From: Macrostomum lignano
Taxonomy: Eukaryota
Direction: 5' to 3'
Length of the DNA stretch: 64,000 nucleotides
NCBI GenBank assembly: GCA_002269645.1
Contig: NIVC01002822.1
Coordinates: 74,043-138,042 of the forward strand
Under the pieces are notes generated by a model. It was not told where the DNA came from and ran no database searches. It saw only the letters and a list, made by a program, of their open reading frames with translations. Below are positions 1 through 32,500 of this stretch, one piece after another. Both the position numbers and the translations under genes were made by a program. Position 1 is the first letter of the stretch, and each line of letters begins with the position of its first letter.

Positions 1-551
1 CAGAAACTTTGCTGCCAGCGGGTCTTCAGTTTTCTGCTTTCATTCCTGCTAGAAAAATTGGAAGGCAGGCCTTCTTCGGTTCCCCCTTCCCATCCGGTGG
101 CTGCCAAACGGAGCAGAGGAGAAATATCCCCTCAACTAAACCGCGCCCAACCTCCAATCCCCCAGCACTGCTCCCCTAGTCTCTTCCCACTCATTTTCCC
201 ACACGCAAAGGTTCCCCAGTTTTTTTCACTTTTCTGCCCCCCCCCCAGCGGCCGTTGCGTGATGGCGCGCTGCGCCGGCTGGCTCAGGGGTCCATAATAC
301 CCTCGGCTTCCAGGACCGCCACCACCACCACCCGATTTCTAGGAAAGCAATCACGCAATTGAGGGCGCCGCGGCTCCCCGGGCGTGTGGGAGCAAATCTG
401 CAAAGAGGCTGAGGTGATGGCGGAGGAAAGAAGAAAGCAGACAGCCAAGCTATGGCGGCTTGTTTAAGAGCAAAATGGGATTCTTGAAGTGATGGGCGTA
501 GTGTAAATACCTTGAGATTCTTGTGGAATGGATGCTGCAAACGACTGATAG

Positions 552-1137
552 ACCTAGTAGATCTTGAATGGATCTATCAGATGATTAGATAGATAGATCT
601 AGTTAGATGATTAGATAGATCTAGTTAGATGATTAGATAGATCTAGTTAGATGATTAGATAGATCTAGTTAGATGATTAGATAGATCTAGTAGATGATTA
701 GATAGATCTACTAGATAATTAGATAGATCTAGTACATTTTTATTTAGATCTAGTAGATGAATATATAGATTTTTTTATTTCGTAGATGATTAGATAGATC
801 TAGTAGATGATTAGATAGATCTAGTAGATGATTAGATAGATCTAGTAGATGATTAGATAGATCTAGTAGATGATTAGATAGATCTAGTTAGATGATAAGA
901 TAGATCTAGTAGATGATTAGATAGATCTAGTAGATGATTAGATAGATCTAGTAGATGATTAGATAGATCTAGTAGATGATTAGATAGATCTAGTAGATGA
1001 TTAGATAGACCTAGTAGATGATTAGATAGATCTAGTAGATGATTAGATAGATCTAGTAGATGATTAGATAGATCTAGTAGATGATTATATAGATCTAGTA
1101 GCTGATTAGATAGATCTAGTAGATGATTAGATAGATC
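552..1137. repeat. 21-bp minisatellite TAGATAGATCTAGTAGATGAT
   Basis: Direct inspection; 22-bp variants at left. Confidence 0.95.
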
Positions 1138-1845
1138 GGAAGTAACATAGAATGAAGATTGAGGAGAAAACTGGATTTTCTGTGCTATAAATATCAAGAC
1201 ACAAATAGAAATTAGAATGCACATCATTCGTTTTCAGCAGCCGTTATCAGCGCAAGTCAGGCATTTGCATCCTTGAATTATGTTTAATCTTTATCTTTAA
1301 CATGGAGCTGAGAGAATTATTCACAGCCTCGATGTCGGGGGACATACAGGATGAAAGCCCAGTGGATAAATATAGCTGCTGCGCTGGGATGACAGAGGCC
1401 AGCTCCCCACACGGCTCCCCATCAGGCTGGGACCGAATCCCCACTGGGCTCCACAGGGCATTCATTATTTACAAGGCCCTCAGCCAGCTAATACTGACTG
1501 GATTTGGACTCAAACAGCCTCCCAACCTGTCTGCCTGAGCAGAGATGATGATGCGACCTCAGTGGGCAGCCGGGCGGTCCCCAGTGATACCAGTTGCCTT
1601 CATCTCCCGCTGACAGAGCTGACAGAGCCCATCTGCCTGTATCTGAGCTTTCATATCTATAAGGAATTTCTCCATCCGCATCGGTTCTTCTTAGCTAAGA
1701 GATCGTTAATCAAATCTGGCGCGGTGTCTCTCTGACAGTGTTTGTGTGTGATAAACTCTTGTCCCAGCTGCCCTTCCCGCAGCTGGCCCCTATACCAGTG
1801 TGTTTTTCGAGGTCAACGTGTCCCATTCAGATTTCCTAGAAATAT

Positions 1846-2339
1846 GGAGTGGAGTTGGCCGGTGCGTACATCTGGATTCTCTATCCTGTTAGAGAGTGGG
1901 GTTGGCCAATGCGTACATCTGGATTCTCTATCCTGTTAGAGAGTGGGGTTGGCCAATGCGTACATCTGGATTCTCTATCCTATATGTAGAGTGGGGTTGG
2001 CCGGTGCGTACATCTGGATTCTCTATCCTGTTAGAGAGTGGGGTTGATCAATGCGTACATCTGGATTCTCTATCCTATATGTAGAGTGGGGTTGGCCGGT
2101 GCGTACATCTGGATTCTCTATCCTGTTAGAGAGTGGGGTTGACCAATGCGTACAACTGGATTCTCTATCCTATATGTAGAGTGGGGTTGGCCGGTGCGTA
2201 CATCTGGATTCTCTATCCTGTTAGAGAGTGGGGTTGGCCAATGCGTACATATGGATTCTATATCCTATTTGTGGAGTGGGGTTGGCCGGTGCGTACATCT
2301 GGATTCTCTGTCCTGTTATTGAGTGGGGTTGACCGGTGC
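1846..2339. repeat. 47/48-bp minisatellite, largely alternating dimer
   Basis: GAGTGGGGTTGGCC(AA/GG)TGCGTACATCTGGATTCTCTATCCT.. Confidence 0.95.
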
Positions 2340-3194
2340 TTCTCTGCTTTAGATAATGATACTTGCACTACACTCATTAACTGTGGCAATAAAACTGAAA
2401 AAATGAAGCCAATAAGTCAGGCCCAAATCAAAGCTTGGCAACCGTAAAACTCAGCATTAACTCAAATATCCAAGCAACGCCAGGGGTCTGGCTACTGGCT
2501 ATAAATCAAACTAATCACGAGGTCAATTGATGAAGCCTCACCAATTTATTGTTGAGGAAGCTGGGCCCCTGCGCCGACTTCCGACACGCGGGGAGAAAGC
2601 GAGATGGGGAGATGGGAAAACTTCTGCAGTCCAGGCCCACGTGCAGCGGGTCTGACTGCTGAAGTGACTAATGCCATCTTTCCTGGAAAATCCTCCAGCT
2701 CCTCTTCGCGTGCCTCCCTGCCTGCCTGTCCGTGTCCGTCGGCAGAGTTGAAACACAAATTATTTCTTATTGTAAAATTAAATTTCTCAATGCGAGAGAC
2801 GAGGGCAGTTGAAGAAATTTTTGCTGTTGAATTGGATTGGAGAGGTCAACTGAGGTCACGGAACACCGGCTTCATGACAGAGCCAGTGAAAGCCGGGCTG
2901 ATCTCATCTTTACTAAACCATACGGCAAAGTTTTACAATGCGGGCCCAGGGATCAGACAGGCGGCTTAGTGCGCAAATCCGGGGCCGCGGGGATCAAAAA
3001 TGAAGTGTCGGGTCACGCGCGCTCGACTCCTGCCTGCCCGCTGCCGGGGGGGGGGGCGGCCGCACGTGCCTGGAATGCCGAGGCCTGCGGCGGCTTCTTT
3101 CGGGGGCTCCTTTTGAGGGTTCAGCAATGCGGCAACAAATGCCGCTTCTGTAGCGAAATTGAACTGCAGTGAGTCAAGCTGCTCTCAATTGCGA

Positions 3195-3596
<402 letters not shown>

Positions 3597-4159
3597 CTGC
3601 GCACTCCGCACCCCAGACTAATAGCTGTTTTGCCGCAACGCTAATCGCCGCAAATTATCCGGAGGAATTTGCCTCTTGGCTCCGCTGACTGACGGCCTGC
3701 TGCTGGTGTGTCTATTTAGCTGCCTGCAGCCTCTGCCAGCCAGCGGGGGTGGCTAAACAAGCATTTTCACTCTGAAGCTGCTGCTGATAGCAGCTGTGAA
3801 CGGAGCGGGGCAGCGCGATCTGCATCTCTGTGTTCGCTGACGCGGCTCCGCAGATTGCTTAACGGCTCCACAGTGCGCCGTCCCTGTCTGCAGTTGAAAG
3901 TGTGATTTCTCGCACAGAGTGTAAGACGGGGAAAGCTGACAGGCACCCAGCCTTGAGACCCCAGGATACCGGACACTGAGGCTCTGTGATGCTAAATAAT
4001 ACAGACAGAAAAAGTGAAAGAGCAGAGGGGCAGCCAGAAATTCCCGGGCGAGGCGTCCCTAATGACATGGGCGTCATCAAAATGAGGTCAGCGACCCCCC
4101 AGTCTCGGCTGGTCCCGGCGGGGGGGGCTGAGTGACAACTCCGGCGCTTATTTTCACAG

Positions 4160-4283
4160 CTTTGCAGCCACCAAGCGTGAGGGGCGGCGATGCGAGAGCG
4201 GGCGGGGCGAGCGGTGGAATCGAAGTTGCGACGGTGGGCATCGCCTCCACCTCAGGCTGACCTCTGTTGACCTGTTGGGACAG
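4160..4283 (+). CDS. Possible upstream exon of the IgSF gene (would need a GC donor)
   Basis: ttattttcacag|[42 protein letters not shown] |gcaaat; phase 0 end fits the 5358 exon; RLHLRLTSV resembles an Ig E strand. Confidence 0.3.
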
Positions 4284-4401
4284 GCAAATTGGGGGGTGTT
4301 TTCTCCATGACAGGCGCAACACCGCTATGAGGCTTTTGGTAGCTGTGGCAGTTCTTACTGATTCTGACTGGGCCTGATCGCATGCAAGTGTGCAAACACT
4401 G

Positions 4402-5226
<825 letters not shown>

Positions 5227-5357
5227 GCAAGTGGGATTGGACGGACTACAACCATTAATAGTTTTAAATTGTTTCATTCATGAAAGTTTTCCAACGATGA
5301 AATTTGCTTTAACTGTCACTCCAGCTGCTAAATGAGACACCCGACAGCCGCCTGCAG

Positions 5358-23197
<17,840 letters not shown>

Positions 23198-23877
23198 GCC
23201 GCAGAATCGAACCCCGCACGTCACGCAGACTCTGAAAATTTTTTATCCATTGTAACTCACCGCAAAAAGATCTTCAACTGCTTGTGCAACACAAATTATC
23301 CAAGGCAAATCATATTTGAAATTCAGCTGATTAAACTCGAGCACGTATTAAGCACCTTGATGGTAGATTAAAAGTACTTTGAGATTATAATGTGTTTTCA
23401 GGTGCAAATCCTGGAAAAGCACCCAATCAAAGTCCGATCGTTAAATGTTCGATGAAAACCTTCCCGTGTTCGGTTGTGAATGCTTTTTCATTTTATGCTT
23501 ATTTTGTTAGAAACAGTTTACTTAAACAAAAAATTGCCATTGAAATGCTTGTTTGGTAGCCCCGCCCTGGTGGTCATGTAATAGCATTGTTGCAATGCCT
23601 TTTCTTGACCGTACTACTTTTAGTAGAAAATCTCAGCAATGTGAACGCCAGTGGGTGTGAATAGTTTATTAAATTGCAATTTTTACTTTGCCGCACGAAT
23701 TCATAAAAAGCAGAAATGCTTGAAAATGTTCCGCTATTCCAGCTGATCAACCCACGCGTTTTCTTGTCAGTCTGTACTTTTAATAATATTATATCAGCTG
23801 CGCTTCAACTGCCTCACTTACAGTACCTTCTGTCTGCTGGATCTTGTTCCTTACATACATGCTTCTATAGGGGCACC

Positions 23878-24110
23878 AGATCTAATTAGGGCACTGTAGC
23901 TGACCTAATTAGGGCACTGTAACTGACCTAATTAGGGCAATATAACTGACCTAATTAGGGCAATATAACTGACCAAATTAGGGCAATATAACTGACCAAA
24001 TTAGAGCAATATAACTGACCTAATTAGGCCAATATAACTGACCTAATTAGGGCACCTTAATTGATCTAAGGCACTATAACTAACTTAATTAGGGCTCTAT
24101 AACTGATCTA
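23878..24110. repeat. 23-bp minisatellite CTGACCTAATTAGGGCAATATAA
   Basis: Contains palindrome CCTAATTAGG. Confidence 0.9.
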
Positions 24111-24827
24111 GCAGCAGCCAAAAGTCCTTCCTGAAATTCCACAAAGCACCTCAACCCAATCTGCGCGTGTAAAATTCCCACAAACTGCGGTTAAAGCGTC
24201 AAATTACTTGATAATTAATTATTATTAATGCTTTAAACATCCACTACATTATTATCGATAATCTGCTGAGGATGAAATAAACAGAAAAGTTCAGTATGAA
24301 AATAATACAGTATTCAGCATTTCTCTTCTTTGTCAATTGTTTCTCGCAAACCTTTTAAAGGCTCGTTTCACAGCAGCTTAGAGGGTCGGTCACCCGATTT
24401 ATGTTGAATAGGAATATTAACTTCCTGAGACGGCAATTATGCACATATTGAGAGGCATTGAAAGGCTTTCAAGGCCTGGGTTTGCGGCAGCACTGCCAGC
24501 CCAAATAAGCAGAGGCGAGTCACATAAAGCTAAATAATTTAAAATCAGCCATTTGCATTCGCAGGATGGTAGCGCAGTTATAAATATGTATTTAAATATT
24601 TCTGCCAAAATTAATGCTTATAGCTACGCGTCAACAATAAGTTAATAGACGAAATATCGACAGAAATGGAAGGGAGCCATCAGCGAGCAGATTTAACTAA
24701 CAGTAGCGACTGCCGCATTGCATAGTGCTGAAGCTCGATAAGTGAAAATTGGCCTGCCTTCTGCAATTCATTAGACCGAATTTTATTGATTTGAAATATA
24801 AGTTATTCATGCTCTATAACTGGCAAA

Positions 24828-25308
24828 CTATATGACCAATAGTCTATGAGCTCTCTGACCAATAGTCTATGTCGTATGAGCACTCTAAACAATAGTCTAT
24901 TATCACTCTTTGACCAATAGTCTATGAGCACTCTATGACCAATGGTCTATGAGCACACTATGACCAATAGTATATGAGCACTCTATGACCAATAGTATAT
25001 GAGCACTCTATGACCAATAGTCTATGAGCACTCTATGACCAATAGTCTATGAGCACACTATGACCAATAGTCTATGAGCACTCTATGACCAATAGTCTAT
25101 GAGCACACTATGACCAGTAGTATATGAGCACTCTATGACCAATAGTATATGAGCACTCTATGACCAATAGTCTATGAGCACTCTATGACCAATAGTCCAT
25201 GAGCACTCTATGACCAATAGTATATGAGCACTCTATGACCAATAGTCTATGAGCACTCTATGACCAATAGTCCATGAGCACTCTATGACCAATAGTCTAT
25301 GAGCACTT
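24828..25308. repeat. 25-bp minisatellite ATGAGCACTCTATGACCAATAGTCT
   Basis: Inverted relative of 20608-22020. Confidence 0.96.
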
Positions 25309-25854
25309 TATTGAAATTCTACGAGTATGAGCACTAAATATTTGAATCGAGAAATACTTCGCAAGCATGCACATCTAACAAGGACAAAGTTAAGTCTCTT
25401 TACCCAATGATCATAATGTCACACAGGTATCAAACAGAAATGTTGCATTATTTGCATGGATAAAAAATAAGGCTCATAATAACTAACAACATGCGCCGAA
25501 ATCAATCAGCATGAAAATATAGCGATCAACTGATTATTAATGAAATAGGAGGCGCCGTACATGACAGACAAAAACAAAAGAAATTACCAAACAAAGAATT
25601 TGAATCGGCAGAGCCAGTGGCTCAAGGCCTAGCTATGTACACAGAATTAATACAGCACAATGCCAATCAATCAGGCTGACAATTTATAATTGAAAACATG
25701 ACAAAAACCAATTATAAGCAAATATTGACAATTAAAATTGATTTGTTTGTTCATTGTACACAATAGCATATTAATAACTATGTAGAAATATAAAAGTTTA
25801 AATACGAGCGTAAAAGGTTTATGGTTAACGGTGTAGTAAATAGGAATTCTTCAA

Positions 25855-26140
25855 GACGGTCACGTGACCCCTGTACATGTACAGCTTGGGGGCTACGCGA
25901 CCCAATCACCTAAAGGGGTCACTTGACCGTCAGATTTTTTTACATTGGCCTCAGATTTGATCAAGAGGGGTCACGTGACCCTCAAAGATTTTAACAAGGG
26001 GGTCACGTGACCCAAAAATCAGAAAATTTTGCGGTGAATCACGTGACCGAAATAGTTGACGGCTGATCAAACAAAGTACATCTTTATGAGGGGTCAAGAC
26101 ACCCCAATTAGTTAGTGCAAGGGTCACATGACCCCAATTA
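25855..26140. other. Cluster of GGTCACGTGACC palindromes with a 17-bp inverted repeat
   Basis: Six (G)TCAC(G/A/T)TGACC copies; 25855-25871 and 25915-25931 are reverse complements with 1 mismatch. Confidence 0.8.
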
Positions 26141-26393
26141 AAACTGCTACAGTATCAGAATACTTCCAAGTAGCGCAGGCGGACAGGCACTCCGATAAGT
26201 GTTTGAAAAAATGGCCGCAAAAAGGGGGAAATCTTGAGAAAAAAATGAACAAGTTGACCAAAAATATGAAACCAGCAAGAAAAGCTTGACAGCAATAAGC
26301 AATGAAACTGTCAATGATAAGGCAACTCGAACACAATACTCTGTAGCTGCTGATGCTGCTTGAGCTCTCCCAACAAGTCAAACTAGAAAGTGA

Positions 26394-26570
26394 TCAATAA
26401 ACCCAGTTAACCGGCACCCACTGGTGCTTGGTGTGCACCAGATCCACGCACTGCTTCAGCTGGGCGATGGTGTCCTCGATGTCGTTATTGATGATCTTCA
26501 GGTCAAAGTAGTGCCCGTAGTGCCGCTCCAGCAGCTCGCTCTCCTTGGCCAGCCGCTCCAGGCTGCCGTC
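26394..26570 (-). CDS. CASK: CASK exon 17 (GuK end, stop)
   Basis: ccgcag| [47 protein letters not shown]. Confidence 0.96.
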   Translation of the reverse strand, partial: DGSLERLAKESELLERHYGHYFDLKIINNDIEDTIAQLKQCVDLVHTKHQWVPVNWVY

Positions 26571-29500
26571 CTGCGGCAGTTCGAGGGGGGGGAGATAGAA
26601 AAGGGGGAGCGCTAAGCAACCGTGAGAAGTAGACAGGTGGAAGTTGACAGAGTGAGAGGTAGACAGGTGGAAGTTGACAAAGTGAGAGGTAGACAGGTGG
26701 AAGTTGACAGAGTGAGAAGTAGACAGGTGGAAGTTGACAGAGTGAGAGGTAGACAGGTGGAAGTTGACAAAGTGAGAGGTAGACAGGTGGAAGTTGACAG
26801 AGTGAGAAGTAGACAGGTGGAAGTTGACAGAGTGAGAGGTAGACAGGTGGAAGTTGACAGAGTGAGAGGTAGACAGGTGGAAGTTGACAGAGTGAGAGGT
26901 AGACAGCAGAAGTAGACAAAGGGAGAGGTAGACAGCAGAAGCAGACAAAGGGAGAGATAGACAGCAGAAGTAGGCAATGTGGACGTGAGAAACGCAGAAG
27001 TAGGCAATATGGACATGAGAAACGCAGTAGGCAATATGGACATGAGAAACGCAGAGGCAGCTCACATTGAGTCCGTGCACGTCACTCATGGTGCTGAGCT
27101 CGGGCGCAGCGATGAAGACCACGTAGGGCGCGAACTCGGCGGTGCGCAGGACGCGCAACGCCTGCGGCTCAACGTCAAGGATGGCGACTTTGCCGTGCCG
27201 ATGAATCTCCCGAATGGTGTCCAGCTTGGTGCCGTACATGGCGTCCTCGTGGGTGCCGTACTCCAGGTACTCGTTGTTGGTGATGTCCCGCATCATCTCC
27301 TCGCGGCCCACGAAATAATAACTGCGCCCGTTCACCTCGTTCTTGCCGGGAGGCCGGGTCGTGTCTGCGGTGGGGTGTCAGAGATCTACTACTGATCCGG
27401 GTTGATTACTAGTAGTATGTAAAGTATACGTCAATGAGCTACGGCTGACACTTGAAAAAGTTCAGAGAGGTTCTGATCTGAGTGACCCCTTTGGTTGCTC
27501 AGGACGGGTTACAATGGTTTCTCAGGACGGGTTCCAATGGTCACTCAGGACGGGTTCCAATGGTCACTCAGGAAGGGTTCCAATGGTCACTCAGGACGGG
27601 TTCCAATGGTCACTCAGGAAGGGTTCCAATGGTTTCTCAGGACGGGTTCCAATGGTCACTCAGGACGGGTTCCAATGGTCACTCAGGACGGGTTCCAATG
27701 GTCACTCAGGACGGGTTCCAATGGTCACTCAGGACGGGTTCCAATGGTCACTCAGGACGGGTTCCAATGGTCACTCAGGAAGGGTTCCAATGGTCACTCA
27801 GGAAGGGTTCCAATGGTCACTCAGGAAGGGTTCCAATGGTCACTCAGGAAGGGTTCCAATGGTCACTCAGGACGGGTTCCAATGGTCACTCAGGACGGGT
27901 TCCAATGGTCACTCAGGACGGGTTCTAATGGTCACTCAGGACGGGTTCTAATGGTCACTCAGGAAGGGTTCCAATGGTCACTCAGGAAGGGTTCCAATGG
28001 TCACTCAGGAAGGGTTCCAATGGTCACTCAGGACGGGTTCCAATGGTCACTCAGGACGGGTTCCAATGGTCACTCAGGACGGGTTCCAATGGTCACTCAG
28101 GACGGGTTCCAATGGTTTCTCAGGACGGGTTCCAATGGTTTCTCAGGACGGGTTCCAATGGTCACTCAGGACGGGTTCCAATGGTCACTCAGGAAGGGTT
28201 CCAATGGTCACTCAGGAAGGGTTCCAATGGTCACTCAGGAAGGGTTCCAATGGTCACTCGGGAAGGGTTCCAATGGTCACTCAGGAAGGGTTCCAATGGT
28301 CACTCGGGAAGGGTTCCAATGGTCACTCGGGAAGGGTTCCAATGGTCACTCGGGAAGGGTTCCAATGGTCACTCGGGAAGGGTTCCAATGGTTGCTTGGA
28401 CGCGAATTCAGCGGTGACATCAAAGGCCCCCAGAGCAGGCAGCCAGGCCAGCCGGACTCACGCGGAATCGGGTAGGCGAAGCGGTCGGGCGCGGACTGGA
28501 TCAGCGTGTTCTTGATGTGACGCCTGCCAACGCCGTGGGCGCCAAGCAGCACCAGCGTCTTCCTGCGGAAGTTGGTGAGCTGCACCACCTCCTCGTACGT
28601 GACCATCTCCAGCTGGTCGTAGGCCGCGGCCGCGAACTGCTGCTGCTTGCCGGCCATGCCGGCGCCGCCGCGCTGTTTAGTGCCAGATTTGGCGCCCTGG
28701 CGCCGACCAAACGAGAAGAGGCCGGCACCGCAGTTCACGGGGTCCTTCTTTGATCGTTCGATCGCGGTGCAGGCGGCGCGCCATTCCTGCAGCTCGGGCG
28801 ACGGAATCATGCTGGCCGGCGTGTTGCTGGGGGCGTTCCAGGCCCGGGCCTGGGGGCGGTGGGTTACGTGGGCCAAGTGTATCAATTGTGTCAAAGGTCA
28901 CATGGGTCAAGTGTGTCAAAGGTGACGTTGGTCAAGTGTGTCAAAGATCACATGGGTCAAGTGGGTCAAAGGTCACGTGGGTCAGGTGTGTCAAAAGTCA
29001 TCTGGGTCAAGTGAGTCAAAAGTCACATGGGTCAAGTGTGTCAAAGGTCACATGGGTCAAGTGGGTCAAGGTCACATGGGTCAAGTGGGTCAAAGGTCAC
29101 ATGGGTCAAGTGAGTCAAAGGTCACATTGGTTAAGTGTGTAAAGGTCACATGGGTCAAGTGTGTCAAAGATCACATGGGTCAAGTGGGTCAAAGGTCACA
29201 CATGGGTCAAGTAGGTCAAAGGTCACATGGGTCAAGTGGGTCAAAGGTCACACATGGGTCAAGTGGGTCAAAGGTCACATGGGTCAAGTGGGTCAAAGGT
29301 CACACATGGGTCAAGTGAGTGTAATAAGTCAAGATTAAATTTAAAAAATGCGCAAACCAGGATGAAGGGCATAACTTAAGGGCAAGGCCGGTCAAGGGCT
29401 TCCAGAAGGTCAATCTTACCTGCCACCAATGATGGTCGTCTTTGCTGATGACTTGCAGGACGTCGCCAACCCGGAAGCGGATACCGGCCTGAGGACACGG

Positions 29501-32500
29501 GTGCAGCTCGTCCTCGTCGGGATTGTAGTTGAACATGGCTTTCACGTAGATCTGGTGGGCGGTAGGTGTGGGCTTGGCTAATATGAACGGATGCACGCTA
29601 ACATTGCTACTGACACTAAGACTGTAAGTAGACAAAACGGTGGTTAGAAATTTATTCAAGATCATTCAGTTCAAATATTATTCAAACCAGAAAGGAGCAC
29701 TGATCACATTTGCAAGCTAACTAGCACTATTAAAGTAACATTAATTTTGCTACTAATTAGTCAACCTATGACATTAAAAAAGGTTTTTAAAAATAACAAC
29801 ATATTGGAAATGAACAGCAGAATTTCATGTTTATGCGCAGATGGGCGACATTTATAATGCATGGATTTAGTAGCACTACAATCATGAAGTGATATGGGAA
29901 ACTGACCCAGCAACTGAGGATCTGGGAGGCTGGCCCAGCAACTGAGGATCTGGGAGGCTGGCCCAGCAACTGAGGATCTGGGAGGCTGGCCCAGCAACTG
30001 AGGATCTGGGAGGCTGGCCCAGCAACTGAGGATCTGGGAGGCTGGCCCAGCAACTGAGGATCTGGGAAGCTGGCCCAGCAACTGAGGATCTGGGAGGCTG
30101 GCCCAGCAACTGAGGATCTGGGAGGCTGGCCCAGCAACTGAGGATCTGGGAGGCTGGCCCAGCAACTGAGGATCTGGGAGGCTGGCCCAGCAACTGAGGA
30201 TCTGGGAGGCTGGCCCAGCAACTGAGGATCTGGGAGGCTGGCCCAGCAACTGAGGATCTGGGAGGCTGGCCCAGAACTGAGGATCTGGGAGGTTGGCCCA
30301 GCAACTGAGGATCTGGGAGGCTGGCCCAGCAACTGAGGATCTGGGAGAGTGCCCAGTCGGTGAACACAGGACTCTGTGCATTCATGCGCAGATGGGCGAG
30401 CCTGATCTCGAACCCTGATTCTTACAGATTCCGGGACAGAAAAATTGCAGAATATACAATCATTGTGAATTATACGATTGGAATTTTAATGGGAAAACTA
30501 GACCAATTCACATGATTTAATGCTGTTTAGTATAAAAGAAAATCGAACTTGGTGCAGGGCTGTAAGATTTAGCAATTCAATCAGAGGTCGCACAACAGAA
30601 GCCAATAAGCGAGCAAAATTTTTATAACCATAAATTTCAACACGCGAAGAAGTTGATAAATGAAAGACTGAATTTTGTGAATTTATGAACGAGTGAAGTG
30701 GTGATTAGGCAAATTAGTGAACCCGTGAATGAATGTATCCATGAATGACTGAACCCATGAATGAGTGAAGCCGTGAATGAATGTATTAGTGAATGAGTGA
30801 ACCCATAAATGAATGAACTCGTGAATGAGTGAACTCGTGAATGAATGCATCCGTGAATGAATCAGTGAATAAGGTGAATGAGTGAAGCCATAAATGAGTG
30901 AACTCGTGAATGAATGCATCCGTGAATGAGTGAAATCGTGAATGAATGCATCCGTGAATGAGTGAACCCGTGAATGAACGTATTTATGAATGAATGCATC
31001 GTGAATGAGTGAAATCGTGAATGAATGCATCCGTGAATGAGTGAACCCGTGAATGAATGTATCCGTGAATGAATGTATTAGTGAATGAATGCATCCGTGA
31101 ATGAGTGAATTCGTGAATGAGTGAATTCGTGAATGAATGCATCCGTGAATGAGTGAAGCCATGAATGAGTGAACTCGTGAGTGAATGCATCCGTGAATGA
31201 GTGAACGAGGTGAATGAGTGAAGCCATGAATGAGTGAACTCGTGAGTGAATGCACCCGTGAATGTGATGGAATCCGTGATTGTTGGTATACCTCGCACTG
31301 CATTGGGTGATTTCGGTAGCTGGGTACAATTTTCAAAGTGACGCTGCCCCGAGCCTCTTTCTGAAATGTGTTTAGAAAATTAAAGTAATAAGCCTGTGAG
31401 TCACGACTCGATTGCATCTAAGAACTGAGCAGGGTCGCCTGCTGTTGCGGGAGCACTCCGATTAGCCAATAGGAAAACTGATTTCTTAGAAAAAGCGCAG
31501 TGTGGGAGAATAAACTAGAAAATATAGGCAATACTTGGAAATTATTAAAACAGCACTGCCTTCCGACCGATTTCACTGAGCTTGATCGCATGTACATAAT
31601 TTATGCACATTCCACACGATAATGCGCATGCTATATGTGTACAATGAAAATAATTTGTATACTGTCTATGATAATGCATACTTATATGTACATTGCTCAT
31701 GATAGTGTGTACAGGATATGCACATTGCTCATGATTATGTGTACAATGCATGCACATTGATCATGATCATGTGTACAGTACATGCAAATCGCTCATGATA
31801 ATGTATACAGTACATGCAAATCGCTCATGATAATGTGTACAGTGAATGTACATTGCTCATGATAATGTGTACAGTGTATGTACATTTCTCATGATTGTGT
31901 ACAGGACATGTACATTGCTCATGACAATGTGTACAGGACATGTAAATTGCTCATGATTATGTGTACAGTGAATGTACATTGCTCATGATAATGTGTACAG
32001 GACATGCACATTGCTCATGATTATGTGTACAATGCGTGCACATTGCTCATGATTATGTGTACGGGACATGCAAATCGCTCATGACAATATGTACAAAATT
32101 CATATCAGCAGTCGAAGATAAACAAACCATAATCAGAGCAAGTGAATTAAAAATGCTTTACAAAATGGAACAATGCACCAAAAGCCAAACACACTTATAA
32201 TTATTATCAATAAGGTGAGATATAAATTAACTAAATGATAAACTCTAACCAAGGCCCAATGTTAAGAGCAGTGGGGATAGAGTGCACTCAGAACCGTGAC
32301 TAGGATAAATAAGATAATGATTATATATTAGTGAGTGGCATAAACATCCTGTGAGACTTTAATAACCAAATCATATCAGGAGTCACTGGTTATTAAAGTG
32401 AATAAAATGTAGAAATTTATTGAAACAGCTATTGAATACATTCTCATTGCTGCAGTGCTGAATGCAAAAGCCATTCCATCGGACTGCGGAGTCCCATTGC

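Noticed and set aside
874-1227. ORF with SNHLLDL heptads resembling a leucine zipper
   Set aside because: Translation of the 21-bp minisatellite; no splice or domain context.
1302-3172. Short ORFs as 5' exons of the IgSF gene
   Set aside because: No convincing signal peptide, splice-site pair or domain match; the 5' end is left unresolved.
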